Positions 1-8,712 of a stretch of 42,512 nt of DNA are shown here, piece by piece. This DNA comes from a virus. Its lineage: Duplodnaviria > Caudoviricetes. The stretch lies in the IMG/VR virus record IMGVR_UViG_3300032219_001071, positions 1 to 42,512 of that record. One strand, 5' to 3'. Position numbers and translations under genes: made by a program. Each line of letters begins with the position of its first letter. Positions within the stretch are counted from its first letter, which is position 1. Below the pieces are notes generated by a model. That model made no database searches and had not been told where the DNA came from. It worked only from the letters and a program-made list of their open reading frames with translations.

Positions 1-123
1 ACCGGCGCACTCAAGTACGCTCTGCTCACAGGGTTCCTGATCCCAACAGGCGATGACCCAGAGGCAGACGGCAAGACGGATGACGAGATCATTGCTGCTA
101 AGGCTAAGGATCTCTTCAACGGG
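1..123. repeat. Direct terminal repeat (copy 1), circular-assembly overlap
   Basis: 1-123 is identical to 42390-42512 and falls in the middle of the ERF reading frame. Confidence 0.95.
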
Positions 124-183
124 GTGGTTCAGCAGCCGACCAAGAAGAAGGCTGATGTAGTGGAAGAGGAGTTTGCATTCTGA
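1..183 (+). CDS. C-terminal part of ERF-family ssDNA annealing protein (starts at 42051, spans the junction)
   Basis: Frame 1 reads TGALKYALLTGFLIPTGDDPEAD...EEEFAF*, continuing the 42051 ORF; TGA overlaps the next ATG (TGATG). Confidence 0.85.
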   Translation, partial: TGALKYALLTGFLIPTGDDPEADGKTDDEIIAAKAKDLFNGVVQQPTKKKADVVEEEFAF

Positions 184-563
184 TGGCAAGACTAGACATC
201 TGGCTGAGCGACAAGAAGACGCCAGTCAACAAGGTATCCAAGAACGGTAACAACTATCTCGAAGTGTACGGCACCATGCAGACGGCAGCGTACGAGGAGT
301 GGGCAGACAGCGACCGCGCTAATGCCGCACCTGATCGGTACGCTTACGTGACGCTGCGGTTCTTTGACTCTGAGGCAGAGGACCATGTCGGCAAGGTGTA
401 TGAGTGGGCTGTCTCGCAGGAGAAGGACCCGCGTCCGAACGTGCACGTAGTAGGCAAGCTCAACGAGGACCGCGAGTACAACGGCAAGATGTACTACACC
501 ATGCTGGTGTCTGACATCTCACCGTTGCGCTATGGTCCACTACGGGGCAAGAAGAATGCGTAG
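183..563 (+). CDS. Putative single-stranded DNA-binding protein (OB-fold-like)
   Basis: Coupled to ERF; pattern VHVVGKL..DREYNGK.YY.MLV..I resembles SSB strands; no acidic tail. Confidence 0.5.
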   Translation: MARLDIWLSDKKTPVNKVSKNGNNYLEVYGTMQTAAYEEWADSDRANAAPDRYAYVTLRFFDSEAEDHVGKVYEWAVSQEKDPRPNVHVVGKLNEDREYNGKMYYTMLVSDISPLRYGPLRGKKNA

Positions 564-912
564 GCGAGAGCTTTCCATGAAGATCGTAGACAGCATCGAG
601 GCGTGGAAAGCTGACGGCTTTGACGATTGCATCGTCGGAGTTGGTCAGCAGTTCACCGAAGGTGGCCAGGTCTTCATCTTCATCTACAGCAAGAAGGCGA
701 TCATCGAGAGCATCGCCAATGACATCGTCGAAGAGATTGGCAACCGCGTCAACACGTCGGATGAAGAGCGAGCTGTGCTTGCTGGGTCAGCCTACGATGA
801 CGCAGTTGAGTTCTTCGACTACAACATCGCCGGTGCGTACATCGGGCGTGGCATGCCTGTGTTCTTGGAGGACACGTACGACAACATGGTGAGGGAGGTC
901 CTAGGTGAGTGA
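556..912 (+). CDS. Conserved phage hypothetical protein (ADGFDD.IVG...EFFDYNI.GAY.G..PVF type)
   Basis: Motif recalled from aquatic phage proteins; start uncertain (556 or 577). Confidence 0.7.
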   Translation: MRRRELSMKIVDSIEAWKADGFDDCIVGVGQQFTEGGQVFIFIYSKKAIIESIANDIVEEIGNRVNTSDEERAVLAGSAYDDAVEFFDYNIAGAYIGRGMPVFLEDTYDNMVREVLGE

Positions 913-1252
913 TGCCTCACGTAGGGGTAGACTCAACCGCTCGAGGGGTAATGCCTTCGAGCGGGAGGTCGCCAAGAAGTTTGGCGGCAAGCGAGTCGGG
1001 CAGTACGGTGGGCCTGAGGACGTAGCGGCAGGACAGTTCAACATCCAGGCTAAGTGTGGCCAGATGTTTAGCGAGAAGTACTGGCGCTGGTTGCAGGCGG
1101 TGCCACGCAAGGCGGATCAGGTTCCGCTCCTCGTAGTCGGTGATGCCCCTGGTTCAGGGGCTAAGCGGAGGGTAGTAGTTATCATTGAGGAGACTGACTT
1201 CCTCAATATGATTGGAGGCGACGATGCAGAGACCACGGAAGAAACTGAATAG
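905..1252 (+). CDS. Holliday junction resolvase-like PD-(D/E)xK nuclease (Hjc-like)
   Basis: RSRGNAFEREVAK ... PEDV ... IQAK pattern typical of phage Hjc-like resolvases. Confidence 0.7.
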   Translation: MSDASRRGRLNRSRGNAFEREVAKKFGGKRVGQYGGPEDVAAGQFNIQAKCGQMFSEKYWRWLQAVPRKADQVPLLVVGDAPGSGAKRRVVVIIEETDFLNMIGGDDAETTEETE

Positions 1253-1397
1253 CTTTGACCTGGCAGTGTCCTGGGCAAAGATCTTTGAGCTTATTCGCAA
1301 CCGGCTCAAGGAGTTGGAGGTACCAGATGCCGACAACATCGCAGCGGCTGCGGCAAACATTCTAGCTAAGGAGGGCGCCAATGGCGACAACACCTGA
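1224..1397 (+). CDS. Small hypothetical protein
   Basis: GGAGG upstream of ATG 1224; tight operon packing. Confidence 0.6.
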   Translation: MQRPRKKLNSFDLAVSWAKIFELIRNRLKELEVPDADNIAAAAANILAKEGANGDNT

Positions 1398-1578
1398 TGA
1401 CAAACAAGAAAGCGATAACGGATATCAGAAAGTACTACGAACGGCGAAAGCAGCAGTCCATGGAGTTGGGGAAAGAAGCCTACTCATTGCGGCGGCAGCG
1501 GGACTTGCAGTCGGACTTGATCACCCTGCGCAAGCAGCAAGCCTTGCAATCCTCATCTATGTCGTCACCAAGCGGTAG
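1381..1578 (+). CDS. Small putative membrane protein
   Basis: AAGGAGG RBS; two hydrophobic stretches (LLIAAAAGLAVGL, ASLAILIYVV). Confidence 0.55.
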   Translation: MATTPDDKQESDNGYQKVLRTAKAAVHGVGERSLLIAAAAGLAVGLDHPAQAASLAILIYVVTKR

Positions 1579-1918
1579 GGTACCGGAGGCATTCAGCCAC
1601 TACTTCAGGGACCTGTTCTCTGAGGCACACGGCATCATGGTTCTACGCCAGGCATCGTATGGTCCTGTCAACGTAGAGAACCTGGGCCCGGTTGGCGTAT
1701 TCTCCCGCATGGCAATGGACAAGGTAGGGCGTATCTCTAACGCGCTCAATGGGAAGATCGTCAACGGTCAGCTCATTGTCGATGAGGACTGGTACGGTCC
1801 AGAGGTACACGATGCGCTCATCGATACGATCAACTACGCTGCCATCCTCATTGCCCTTGGGCAGGAGAAGTGGAGCCAGGTATCACGGGAGGTAGACGAT
1901 GTCGCTTCCGGAGATTGA
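1559..1918 (+). CDS. DUF1599/Nmad1-like all-helical protein
   Basis: RQASYG..N....GV..RM..DK..RI ... DALIDTINYA pattern; start chosen at ATG 1559 rather than 1397. Confidence 0.65.
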   Translation: MSSPSGRVPEAFSHYFRDLFSEAHGIMVLRQASYGPVNVENLGPVGVFSRMAMDKVGRISNALNGKIVNGQLIVDEDWYGPEVHDALIDTINYAAILIALGQEKWSQVSREVDDVASGD

Positions 1919-2141
1919 AGTAATGCCCGTCTTGATCAACGGCAAGAGGGCTGCATCCATCACCGTCATCTACGATAATGGTGGATGGAAGGCACACGTT
2001 GCGCACCATGACAAGAGCACCCCATTGGCTTCTGTCTTGGCCGAAGGTACTGACTTACTTGGTCCGGAGTCAGCTCGTCAGATAGCATTGGAGCTAGCGG
2101 AGAAGTGGCGTGACCAAGAGACAAGATCAGGACGCATCTGA
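1899..2141 (+). CDS. Hypothetical protein
   Basis: GGAGGT RBS, overlaps neighbours. Confidence 0.6.
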   Translation: MSLPEIEVMPVLINGKRAASITVIYDNGGWKAHVAHHDKSTPLASVLAEGTDLLGPESARQIALELAEKWRDQETRSGRI

Positions 2142-2343
2142 CTTCTTTAAGGAGGATGCCAAGCGTATGGGTATTGGCATCCGCGAGTATTGCCGCAGGT
2201 TTGGCATTGAGTATGAGTCACTGGGTGGCCTCGAGAAAAAGGAACCCTTGACAAAGCACGAGCACATGGACTACCGTACTTGTGACGTATGCAGGATGAA
2301 CTCCATCCTCAACGGTCGAAGTACGGAGGACATAGATGATTAG
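2110..2343 (+). CDS. Hypothetical protein with HxH...CxxC motif
   Basis: ORF fills operon; HEHMDYRTCDVC. Confidence 0.55.
   Translation: MTKRQDQDASDFFKEDAKRMGIGIREYCRRFGIEYESLGGLEKKEPLTKHEHMDYRTCDVCRMNSILNGRSTEDIDD
2248..2277 (+). promoter_or_regulatory. Possible housekeeping-sigma promoter upstream of RlpA-like gene
   Basis: TTGACA-18 nt-TACCGT, inside the preceding CDS. Confidence 0.4.
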
Positions 2344-2755
2344 CTCACTACTCTTAACAGTGGCGCTGGCCTTTCAAACTACGGGAGTTCAGACTGGCTA
2401 CGCCACATGGTATGGCGATACCACACCGGGCGGTCCTAAGGGCTGTCACGGTGGGTATCGCAATACCTGTAGCCCCTACGTTCCGGTCTCTGAGGGCGGA
2501 CGTGGGGGCGAACTCGTTATGTACGCAGCTGTGCCCGGGTTTAAGTTCCGAGACAAGCCGTACCAGGTGAAGGTATGCCGGGTCAAGTACCCGGAGCGCT
2601 GCGTCATCGTGACGGTACGCGACTGCCTCTGCAGCAAGAAGACAAAGAATATGATAGACTTGTCTCCGGCGGCATTCATGCGACTGTCAACGTTGGGGAC
2701 AGGCAGGGTGCTAGTAACCATGGAGGCTTACTATGTACGATACGGAGGACGCTGA
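2336..2755 (+). CDS. Secreted RlpA-like double-psi beta-barrel protein (lytic transglycosylase/expansin-like)
   Basis: Hydrophobic N-terminus; TGYATWYG, YAAV, VIVTVRDC, IDLSPAAF..L motifs of DPBB_1. Confidence 0.8.
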   Translation: MISSLLLTVALAFQTTGVQTGYATWYGDTTPGGPKGCHGGYRNTCSPYVPVSEGGRGGELVMYAAVPGFKFRDKPYQVKVCRVKYPERCVIVTVRDCLCSKKTKNMIDLSPAAFMRLSTLGTGRVLVTMEAYYVRYGGR

Positions 2756-2876
2756 CATCGGGGTGGGCGAGTGCCCCATCTGCGGCAAGTACCGCAAGCA
2801 GATCGACGCGGGGACGATGAAGCCCTGCTACATGTGGGATAGAGTTAAGGAGGCGGACGATGAGCAAGAGGGATAA
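2733..2876 (+). CDS. 47-aa CxxC protein (not in ORF track)
   Basis: GGAGG RBS; MYDTEDADIGVGECPICGK...PCYMW...*. Confidence 0.6.
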   Translation: MYDTEDADIGVGECPICGKYRKQIDAGTMKPCYMWDRVKEADDEQEG

Positions 2877-3135
2877 GTACTTTAGGGAGAGGACAAGGAT
2901 CGGCAAGCTCGAGGCAGCTGCCATCAGGTTCGCCCTTACGCTTGGTCACGATCCCAAGCTGGTAGCCGATAGCCGGCAGGCCACGTCAGTTGGATGCCAC
3001 AGCTGTGACGCATGGGGCTGCGTTGAGATTGAGAGCAAGATAGAGATAGCGCACGGCGATATCTTTGAGGAGACATGCGGCACGACAGTACTAGACAAGG
3101 AGGTAATCTATGCATCAAACCCCGCACTCTATTGA
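2860..3135 (+). CDS. Hypothetical protein with H...CxxC...C putative Zn site
   Basis: AAGGAGG RBS; LGH...CHSC...TC. Confidence 0.6.
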   Translation: MSKRDKYFRERTRIGKLEAAAIRFALTLGHDPKLVADSRQATSVGCHSCDAWGCVEIESKIEIAHGDIFEETCGTTVLDKEVIYASNPALY

Positions 3136-4387
3136 GGCAGAGCGATCACTGCTAGGGTCGATCCTCATCGACCAGGCGGTGCTCTCTGACTTCGAGCTAA
3201 ACCCGGACGACTTCTACGAACCACGCCATGTAAAGATTGCGCGTGCCATCGTAGACGTACACACGTCCGGTGCTGCAGTCGACATCGTCACGGTATCGGA
3301 TGCGCTAGCTGGCAAGTCCGTGCCCATGCTGTACCTAGCTGAGCTATCAGACTCAGTGCCTACGTCCATCCATGCCAAGAGCTACTACGACATTGTCGAG
3401 CGCATGGCTGTGTTGCGTGGGCTGGTGAAGGCTGGCACTGAGATTGTTGAGAGCGCATACAAGATGCCGGAAGACCCAGCTACTGCCATCGACGAGGCGG
3501 AGAAGATCCTGTTCAGCATCGGCAACAAGCGCCGTGCTGCCAGGTGGAACGACGCACTCGACCTGATGAACATGACGAAGGGGCGAGTCAAGTCCATCGT
3601 CATCGACGGGCTACGCCCAGGCGTACGCTCCGGCATCAGCCAGATCGATGCCATCACTGGGGGCTGGCAGAAGTCAGACCTAGTCATCCTTGCTGCTCGC
3701 CCAAGCGTGGGCAAGACGGCACTCGCTACTAGCATGGCGCTATCTGCTGCCATCTCAGGCAAGAAGGTAGCCATCTTCTCCATCGAGATGAGCGCTGAGC
3801 AGGTAGGCGCACGCATCCTATCGTCAGCGTCAGGTATTCCGCTTGCTGCTATCCGCAATGGCGGCATCGATCTGGTGCAGATGAGCGAGCTAGAGGAGTG
3901 GGCCGATACAGTCGGCAAGCTTGGCATCTACGTCGACGACTCGCCAACTGCTAGCCCATCTGTGATGCGGTCTAAGTGCCGCAAGATTGCAGCTGAGCGT
4001 GGCATTGACCTGATCATCGTCGACTACCTGCAGCTCATGGTCCCTGACCGCAGCGGCAAGGATCAGAACAGGGTCAACGAGGTAGCCGACATCAGCCGCG
4101 CACTCAAGGGCATCGCTCGTGAGCTGGACGTGCCGATCATTGCGCTGTCCCAGCTCAGCCGCATGAGTGAGTACCGTGATACCGGCGAGCCCCGGCTATC
4201 CGACTTGCGTGACTCCGGTGCAATCGAGCAGGACGCAGACATGGTGCTCATGCTCTGGCGCAAGGAACAACCCGACTTCACCAAGCAGTCTGAGGTGGTC
4301 AGCTGCAAGATTGCCAAGCACCGCAATGGTCCGACCGGTGTGTGCGATCTCGAGTTCGTCAAGTCGACCGCAAGCTTTAGGGGGTGA
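3110..4387 (+). CDS. dnaB: Replicative DNA helicase DnaB
   Basis: PHSIEAE N-terminus, AARPSVGKT Walker A, IIVDYLQL, LSQLSR, DLRDSGAIEQDAD, KHRNGPTG. Confidence 0.97.
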   Translation: MHQTPHSIEAERSLLGSILIDQAVLSDFELNPDDFYEPRHVKIARAIVDVHTSGAAVDIVTVSDALAGKSVPMLYLAELSDSVPTSIHAKSYYDIVERMAVLRGLVKAGTEIVESAYKMPEDPATAIDEAEKILFSIGNKRRAARWNDALDLMNMTKGRVKSIVIDGLRPGVRSGISQIDAITGGWQKSDLVILAARPSVGKTALATSMALSAAISGKKVAIFSIEMSAEQVGARILSSASGIPLAAIRNGGIDLVQMSELEEWADTVGKLGIYVDDSPTASPSVMRSKCRKIAAERGIDLIIVDYLQLMVPDRSGKDQNRVNEVADISRALKGIARELDVPIIALSQLSRMSEYRDTGEPRLSDLRDSGAIEQDADMVLMLWRKEQPDFTKQSEVVSCKIAKHRNGPTGVCDLEFVKSTASFRG

Positions 4388-4388
4388 C

Positions 4389-4661
4389 ATGTCAGTAACT
4401 AAACCGTTGCAACTTTCCATCGACTGCGGATGCTTCGACCTTTGCGACCACGCAGTAGAGAGTATCTCCAAGCTTATACAGGATGCCTTCGACGCAGGCT
4501 ATGACGAGGGCTGGACAGAATCATTGGCTGGCCTACGCCGGATGATGATTAACGAAGGGGTACCAGGGGCAGAAGATTTAATCGTGCCGCCCCCGCCAGG
4601 TAAGAAGGCAGGCGCAGCGATAACAGAGCGCGGCTCGAAGAAGAAGGAGTACTCCAACTAG
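4389..4661 (+). CDS. Hypothetical protein
   Basis: Starts 1 nt after the dnaB stop (MSVTKPL...), CxC..C.H motif. Confidence 0.6.
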   Translation: MSVTKPLQLSIDCGCFDLCDHAVESISKLIQDAFDAGYDEGWTESLAGLRRMMINEGVPGAEDLIVPPPPGKKAGAAITERGSKKKEYSN

Positions 4662-4665
4662 CTTC

Positions 4666-4677
4666 GCCATCGTCAGG
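4666..4677. repeat. 12-bp box GCCATCGTCAGG, copy 1 of 3
   Basis: Exact copies at 8176-8187 and 9397-9408. Confidence 0.85.
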
Positions 4678-4700
4678 TCTGTGGCGTTCGGTGTTCCTCT

Positions 4701-4760
4701 AAAATAAAAAAAGTGCCATGGCAGATGGGAAGGAATCATCTGCCATGGCGTATCTATTTT
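4701..4760 (-). terminator. Intrinsic terminator ending the leftward block
   Basis: 13-bp inverted repeat GCCATGGCAGATG (4715-4727)/CATCTGCCATGGC (4737-4749) with an A-run at 4701-4712 (U-tract on minus strand). Confidence 0.85.
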
Positions 4761-5130
4761 AGCCGTAGACTATCTCACCGAATAGTCCCAGCTGTACTAC
4801 TGCGTCAGCTCCATCTGCATCCACATGGAACTCATTGTCGTTGATGATCTGATACATGTGAGGATACTTCTCGATGAGCAACTTGACACCAGCTCTAATC
4901 TTAGCTGGTGTTAGCTGCTCATCTTTGAAATCATCGTCTTCTGTATCTGATAGAACTACTAGTACTTGGTCTGGTTCAAGAGGATGAACGATGTCATTCT
5001 CCCAGTCATCGTACAAGTACTGCCACTTGTACTCGTCTGCGATAGCCCAGTATCCAATGCCACCTTCGAGTGCTGTGGTGTAGATGCTGACTACCTCTTT
5101 ATCGCTTAGCTCTATGTCTAGTATCTTCAT
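4759..5130 (-). CDS. Acidic phage hypothetical protein (TALEGGIGYW...D..VQLGLFGEIVYG type)
   Basis: AGGAGGT RBS; recognisable conserved terminal motifs. Confidence 0.8.
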   Translation of the reverse strand: MKILDIELSDKEVVSIYTTALEGGIGYWAIADEYKWQYLYDDWENDIVHPLEPDQVLVVLSDTEDDDFKDEQLTPAKIRAGVKLLIEKYPHMYQIINDNEFHVDADGADAVVQLGLFGEIVYG

Positions 5131-5138
5131 GATACCTC

Positions 5139-5417
5139 CTATCTAACTTGCAGCAACCTGCCTCCTTCGTTGCACTCATCATCTGCTGAGATGATGTAGT
5201 GCATCTCTAGCCCATCCTCTCGCTGAAATACCAGTACCGGGAATGGGTTGCTGAAGATCGGTTGACCATCCATGTCTTCTCGATCTATATATCCACGTAC
5301 TACCTTGCATCCAATGAGAGGATCGATCATCTCTTTCGTGATGTATGCTACCTCTGCATCTACATGCTTATCCTGCGCTTCCTTTTCAGCCTGTCGCATT
5401 GCATCAAAGTTTACCAT
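5139..5417 (-). CDS. Hypothetical protein
   Basis: GAGGAGG RBS; ends in D.E.N.GG.L motif. Confidence 0.7.
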   Translation of the reverse strand: MVNFDAMRQAEKEAQDKHVDAEVAYITKEMIDPLIGCKVVRGYIDREDMDGQPIFSNPFPVLVFQREDGLEMHYIISADDECNEGGRLLQVR

Positions 5418-5553
5418 CTTCTTCCTCCTCTAAGAAGCAGTCGTGGCCGTATGTCCACTCTTGCGACTGCTCTTCATCGAACATATCAAATACCCTATTG
5501 CAGTTAGGGCAAATGATTATTGTTGCAATAGCTACATCTCTACTATTAATCAT
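5404..5553 (-). CDS. 49-aa protein CxxCxRVFD...EWxYGHDC (not in ORF track)
   Basis: Translated by hand; fills the gap and overlaps both neighbours. Confidence 0.7.
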   Translation of the reverse strand: MINSRDVAIATIIICPNCNRVFDMFDEEQSQEWTYGHDCFLEEEEDGKL

Positions 5554-6148
5554 CTGACTTTACTCCTTTCTCTGCCTGGTGCTCAGCTTCAGCTAGCTTC
5601 TTCTCTGCCCACTCGATAGCTGGCAGTACTTCGTTCTTATAGAACGCAGCATATCCGTCTGGGTATACATACCCACCGACTCCATCTAGAGTTTCAGTGC
5701 TAGTGCATCCGCACTCTTTGCACTTGTTCTCTAGATAGATATCGAATCGGAATACCTCACCTCTTAACGCAGCATCAAAGTTTCTTACTCTGTCGCTAAG
5801 GAACTGTTCATACTCGTGAGGCAAGATGTTCCACTCAGTTGCATCATCGCGTGTGATGCATGCGAATCCACATTGGCCGCTATCCCATGGGTCATTGTAT
5901 CCGCCAAGGCTAACGCTGACACCGCTGTGTGCCAGCATGAACAGTGGCTGGTAGTACACGATAGTGTCTGACTTGAGCGCAGCATCGAACTCATCCATGC
6001 TGTCGCAAGTCTCGTCTACTTGTAGGTACCTTCCGGTACCTCTAGATGCAATGATCCAGAAGTCTTTCTCTACCTCATAGTCTGTGTCCATATGGGTTTC
6101 CCAATGGATACCTGACTCTGTTACTCCACCTTCAATAGCTGTGCTCAT
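5546..6148 (-). CDS. Acidic hypothetical protein with HSG...WDSGQ.G motif
   Basis: AGGAGG RBS; motif recalled from phage/plasmid early proteins. Confidence 0.75.
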   Translation of the reverse strand: MSTAIEGGVTESGIHWETHMDTDYEVEKDFWIIASRGTGRYLQVDETCDSMDEFDAALKSDTIVYYQPLFMLAHSGVSVSLGGYNDPWDSGQCGFACITRDDATEWNILPHEYEQFLSDRVRNFDAALRGEVFRFDIYLENKCKECGCTSTETLDGVGGYVYPDGYAAFYKNEVLPAIEWAEKKLAEAEHQAEKGVKSDD

Positions 6149-6480
6149 AGTCCCTCCTGTGCGTCATGAATATAATGTTTGGCAATCTGATACCAATCTA
6201 CCATCGGCAGGTAACCAATGAAGATCGCGTCTGATGCTGGGCCATGCAGTTCGTTTCGGTCAATGTGTCCGAAGAAAATCTCTTCTGTATAATCTTCAAG
6301 CCACTTAGCCAATGCATACTTAGCTTGATCTGTATCTACCTTCTCATCGTCTGTCGCATCTTCAAGTTCCTTTAGTGCTTGTTCATAGATGGCATCGCCC
6401 ATGCCGTCCACTTCTCCAATCCATAGTGCTGTGTTCCATGTTTCCCAGTTAGTCCATCCATTGTATGACCTGTCGCACAT
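6145..6480 (-). CDS. Acidic hypothetical protein with YNGWTN.ETW...LW motif
   Basis: AAGGAG RBS before ATG 6480. Confidence 0.75.
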   Translation of the reverse strand: MCDRSYNGWTNWETWNTALWIGEVDGMGDAIYEQALKELEDATDDEKVDTDQAKYALAKWLEDYTEEIFFGHIDRNELHGPASDAIFIGYLPMVDWYQIAKHYIHDAQEGL

Positions 6481-6502
6481 AACTACTCCTTCCGTAGCGT
6501 GT

Positions 6503-6541
6503 GCCGGATGGGTGGTGAACCACACCTCTAACCCATCCGGC
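6503..6541. other. Intergenic stem-loop without U-tract
   Basis: GCCGGATGGGT (6503-6513)/ACCCATCCGGC (6531-6541). Confidence 0.6.
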
Positions 6542-6558
6542 TGCACCCTACTTATCTA

Positions 6559-7005
6559 TTACTTGACACCCTTTGATGCCAAGAACTTCTTGTCCTTCAA
6601 CTTCTTGCTAAAGGTGATGTGGATCTCTGCTACTGTGGCTTCATACAAATCGGCAGTGTCTGCGCGCTCAGTAAAGTCACAGCCTGGCTTCTGAGTTCGC
6701 CACTCACGCAGCAATCCTTCATCGCTCAGAACTGTATTGAATCCATGGTAACCATCCCATGCATCATTGATCTCTGTGACCTTAATGTCAAGAGATGTAG
6801 CAATATTCAGTGCCTTGATATTCCCAGAGACACTGTTGCTATAACTATTACCCTTGGCAACACGCTTGGCTAGTTCAGGCAATGATGCTTGCATGATCAA
6901 GCCAATGATAGATGCGCTTGGTACTTCGATGCTAACCTGCTGGTTGAACTCAACTGGAAGTTCCTTAAGCTTTGGTGCACCGCACTCGTTAGTCTTCTTA
7001 ACCAT
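6559..7005 (-). CDS. Hypothetical protein
   Basis: AAGGAGGT RBS before ATG 7005. Confidence 0.7.
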   Translation of the reverse strand: MVKKTNECGAPKLKELPVEFNQQVSIEVPSASIIGLIMQASLPELAKRVAKGNSYSNSVSGNIKALNIATSLDIKVTEINDAWDGYHGFNTVLSDEGLLREWRTQKPGCDFTERADTADLYEATVAEIHITFSKKLKDKKFLASKGVK

Positions 7006-7441
7006 TTGAAACCTCCTTCTTAACTGTCTTATAACCATACTGGTTGTTCTCATAGAAAGACTCTAGATCGTAGGCTTCATCCCACACTAGCTGTCCGTCT
7101 ACTGATTTAAGCAACAGCTCAATGAATGAAACAAAGTTGCCGTACTTGTACCTGCTCTCAACTTGATTGCCATCAATAAGGTTCTCAAGTCGGTCGAGAT
7201 ACAATGCACGCACCTTGTCGATGTACTTCAGATGCCGAATAGCACTGTCTACATCATGCTTGCTATAGCCAATGATGCCATCGAGCATATCAATAGCTGA
7301 CGATACATACTCGATTGCCTGATCCGCATTGCGAACTGCATCACGTGCATTGTCAGCTGCTTGGTCAGCATCCCATGATGCAGACTCAAGGTTGCTTTGA
7401 GCAGACTCTAGCGTGTCTTTAAGATCGTTAATGTCAGCCAT
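6998..7441 (-). CDS. Hypothetical protein with N-terminal coiled coil
   Basis: GAGGAGG RBS before ATG 7441; heptad-like A/L/D-rich N-terminus. Confidence 0.7.
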   Translation of the reverse strand: MADINDLKDTLESAQSNLESASWDADQAADNARDAVRNADQAIEYVSSAIDMLDGIIGYSKHDVDSAIRHLKYIDKVRALYLDRLENLIDGNQVESRYKYGNFVSFIELLLKSVDGQLVWDEAYDLESFYENNQYGYKTVKKEVSNG

Positions 7442-7673
7442 TAGCTGCCTCCTCACATTGCTTGCAGCACCACGACACATACAATGATGTGCTTGGTGAT
7501 GCTGATTCCTTGAGCTTCTTGACTTCACTTACAACTTTGTCAATGTTACCATTGATATAAGTTGAGAAGTGACTGTCAGGAACCTCAGTAAATGTCACGA
7601 CTTCGATCATTGCACGGTGATCATCACCGCTGCAACTCACGTCGTCTGGTTCAAATACCATATCGTTTACCAT
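7434..7673 (-). CDS. Hypothetical protein with C-terminal CxxC
   Basis: AAGGAG RBS; WCCKQC. Confidence 0.65.
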   Translation of the reverse strand: MVNDMVFEPDDVSCSGDDHRAMIEVVTFTEVPDSHFSTYINGNIDKVVSEVKKLKESASPSTSLYVSWCCKQCEEAANG

Positions 7674-7683
7674 AATCACTCCT

Positions 7684-8094
7684 TTAGTTATTTGTATTCA
7701 TGATACGTTCTAGTTCATCCATCACCTCCTTCTTATTTAGGTCTGATACTGTGCGATTGCTAGTAAGATCTGGGTCTTCTGGGAATGGAGCTTCCATCTC
7801 TGTAGCTAGCTCATAGCCTAGCATGTATACCAGCTTGCTAAGCAAATCAAAGTATTGTTCGAGTGCTTGATAGGTAGCATCAACTGCTTCCTCTTCAGTT
7901 GCACCTAGCGCTACCATCTCTTCCTCACTTTTGGTAAATACTTCAGGAAATGCATCGCGGAATCGTACTCGGTCAGCTTGGAATGATTTAAGCATATAAA
8001 ATCCTGAGATCAGGATATTAAGTGCATCATTTGCATCCCCCTTACTGAACCCATAATGTAGGTCTACTGTGACCCTATTGCTACTTGCGTCCAT
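7684..8094 (-). CDS. Acidic helical hypothetical protein
   Basis: AAGGAGG RBS before ATG 8094 (MDASSNR...); the longer ORF-track start crosses a terminator. Confidence 0.7.
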   Translation of the reverse strand: MDASSNRVTVDLHYGFSKGDANDALNILISGFYMLKSFQADRVRFRDAFPEVFTKSEEEMVALGATEEEAVDATYQALEQYFDLLSKLVYMLGYELATEMEAPFPEDPDLTSNRTVSDLNKKEVMDELERIMNTNN

Positions 8095-8117
8095 AACGCC
8101 TCCTTGCTGGCTATATT

Positions 8118-8161
8118 CTTCGGGGGGCAGACCAGCGCCGCCTCCACGAAGAGAGCAGGGA
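8118..8161 (-). promoter_or_regulatory. Conserved leader element (GCTCTCTT...hairpin-CTGCCCCCCGAAG), copy A
   Basis: Related copies at 9251-9289, 9844-9883 and 9932-9960, each upstream of a leftward gene. Confidence 0.7.
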
Positions 8162-8175
8162 GGAGATATCAACTT

Positions 8176-8187
8176 GCCATCGTCAGG
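8176..8187. repeat. 12-bp box GCCATCGTCAGG, copy 2 of 3
   Basis: Exact match to 4666 and 9397. Confidence 0.85.
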
Positions 8188-8213
8188 CTGCCATCCCCGC
8201 TCTCTATTGCTAT

Positions 8214-8262
8214 AAAATGAGGGGCTGCGCTTGGCTTCACCTGCCTTGCGCAGCCCCTCATT
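8214..8262 (-). terminator. Intrinsic terminator
   Basis: AATGAGGGGCTGCGC/GCGCAGCCCCTCATT inverted repeat ending in TTTT on the minus strand, directly after the 8264 stop. Confidence 0.75.
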
Positions 8263-8263
8263 G

Positions 8264-8596
8264 TTACTCGTACTTACCTCCATCACTCCAATGTGATGGG
8301 GCATTGTCATTGTACCTAGTATGCCTGTAATACTCTAGCCTATCTTGTTCCGTCCATTCATTCTCTGCAATCCATACCTTGCGCAGGTCTACATTGCGCT
8401 TGCGAGTGTATCGAACTAGTTCATTGTACGATTCTTCGATGTCTACACATAAGCCGCATGCTCCATACCATTCTTCTCCGCATAGTTCATGATGCATGCA
8501 ATCGTATGGTTCGCAGCATGTACTCTTTCGAGTAGCTAGCATTGTGTACTCTATAGCCTTGCGAACTGCGTTGTTAAACACATGCTTACTTGGCAT
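8264..8596 (-). CDS. Cys/His-rich hypothetical protein
   Basis: AGGAGG RBS; CC...C.HH..C......CxxC cluster. Confidence 0.7.
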   Translation of the reverse strand: MPSKHVFNNAVRKAIEYTMLATRKSTCCEPYDCMHHELCGEEWYGACGLCVDIEESYNELVRYTRKRNVDLRKVWIAENEWTEQDRLEYYRHTRYNDNAPSHWSDGGKYE

Positions 8597-8604
8597 ATAT
8601 CCTC

Positions 8605-8712
8605 CTAGTTCCAGATGCTAAATGCTTTATCGGCTAGGATCATGAGCGTTAAGCCCATGACCGTGCCAATAATGGATGCAATGATAGTCCATAGGAATGC
8701 TGCAAAATCCAT
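8605..8712 (-). CDS. 35-aa single-pass membrane peptide (not in ORF track)
   Basis: MDFAAFLWTIIASIIGTVMGLTLMILADKAFSIWN*, AAGGAGGT RBS. Confidence 0.65.
   Translation of the reverse strand: MDFAAFLWTIIASIIGTVMGLTLMILADKAFSIWN

Noticed and set aside
1-123. Terminal repeat as a biological DTR
   Set aside because: It interrupts the ERF gene mid-frame and has assembler k-mer-like length; best read as a circular overlap.
1397-1558. N-terminal extension of the 1397-1918 ORF
   Set aside because: Overlaps the RBS-supported 1381-1578 gene; the recognisable domain begins after 1559. Not fully excluded.
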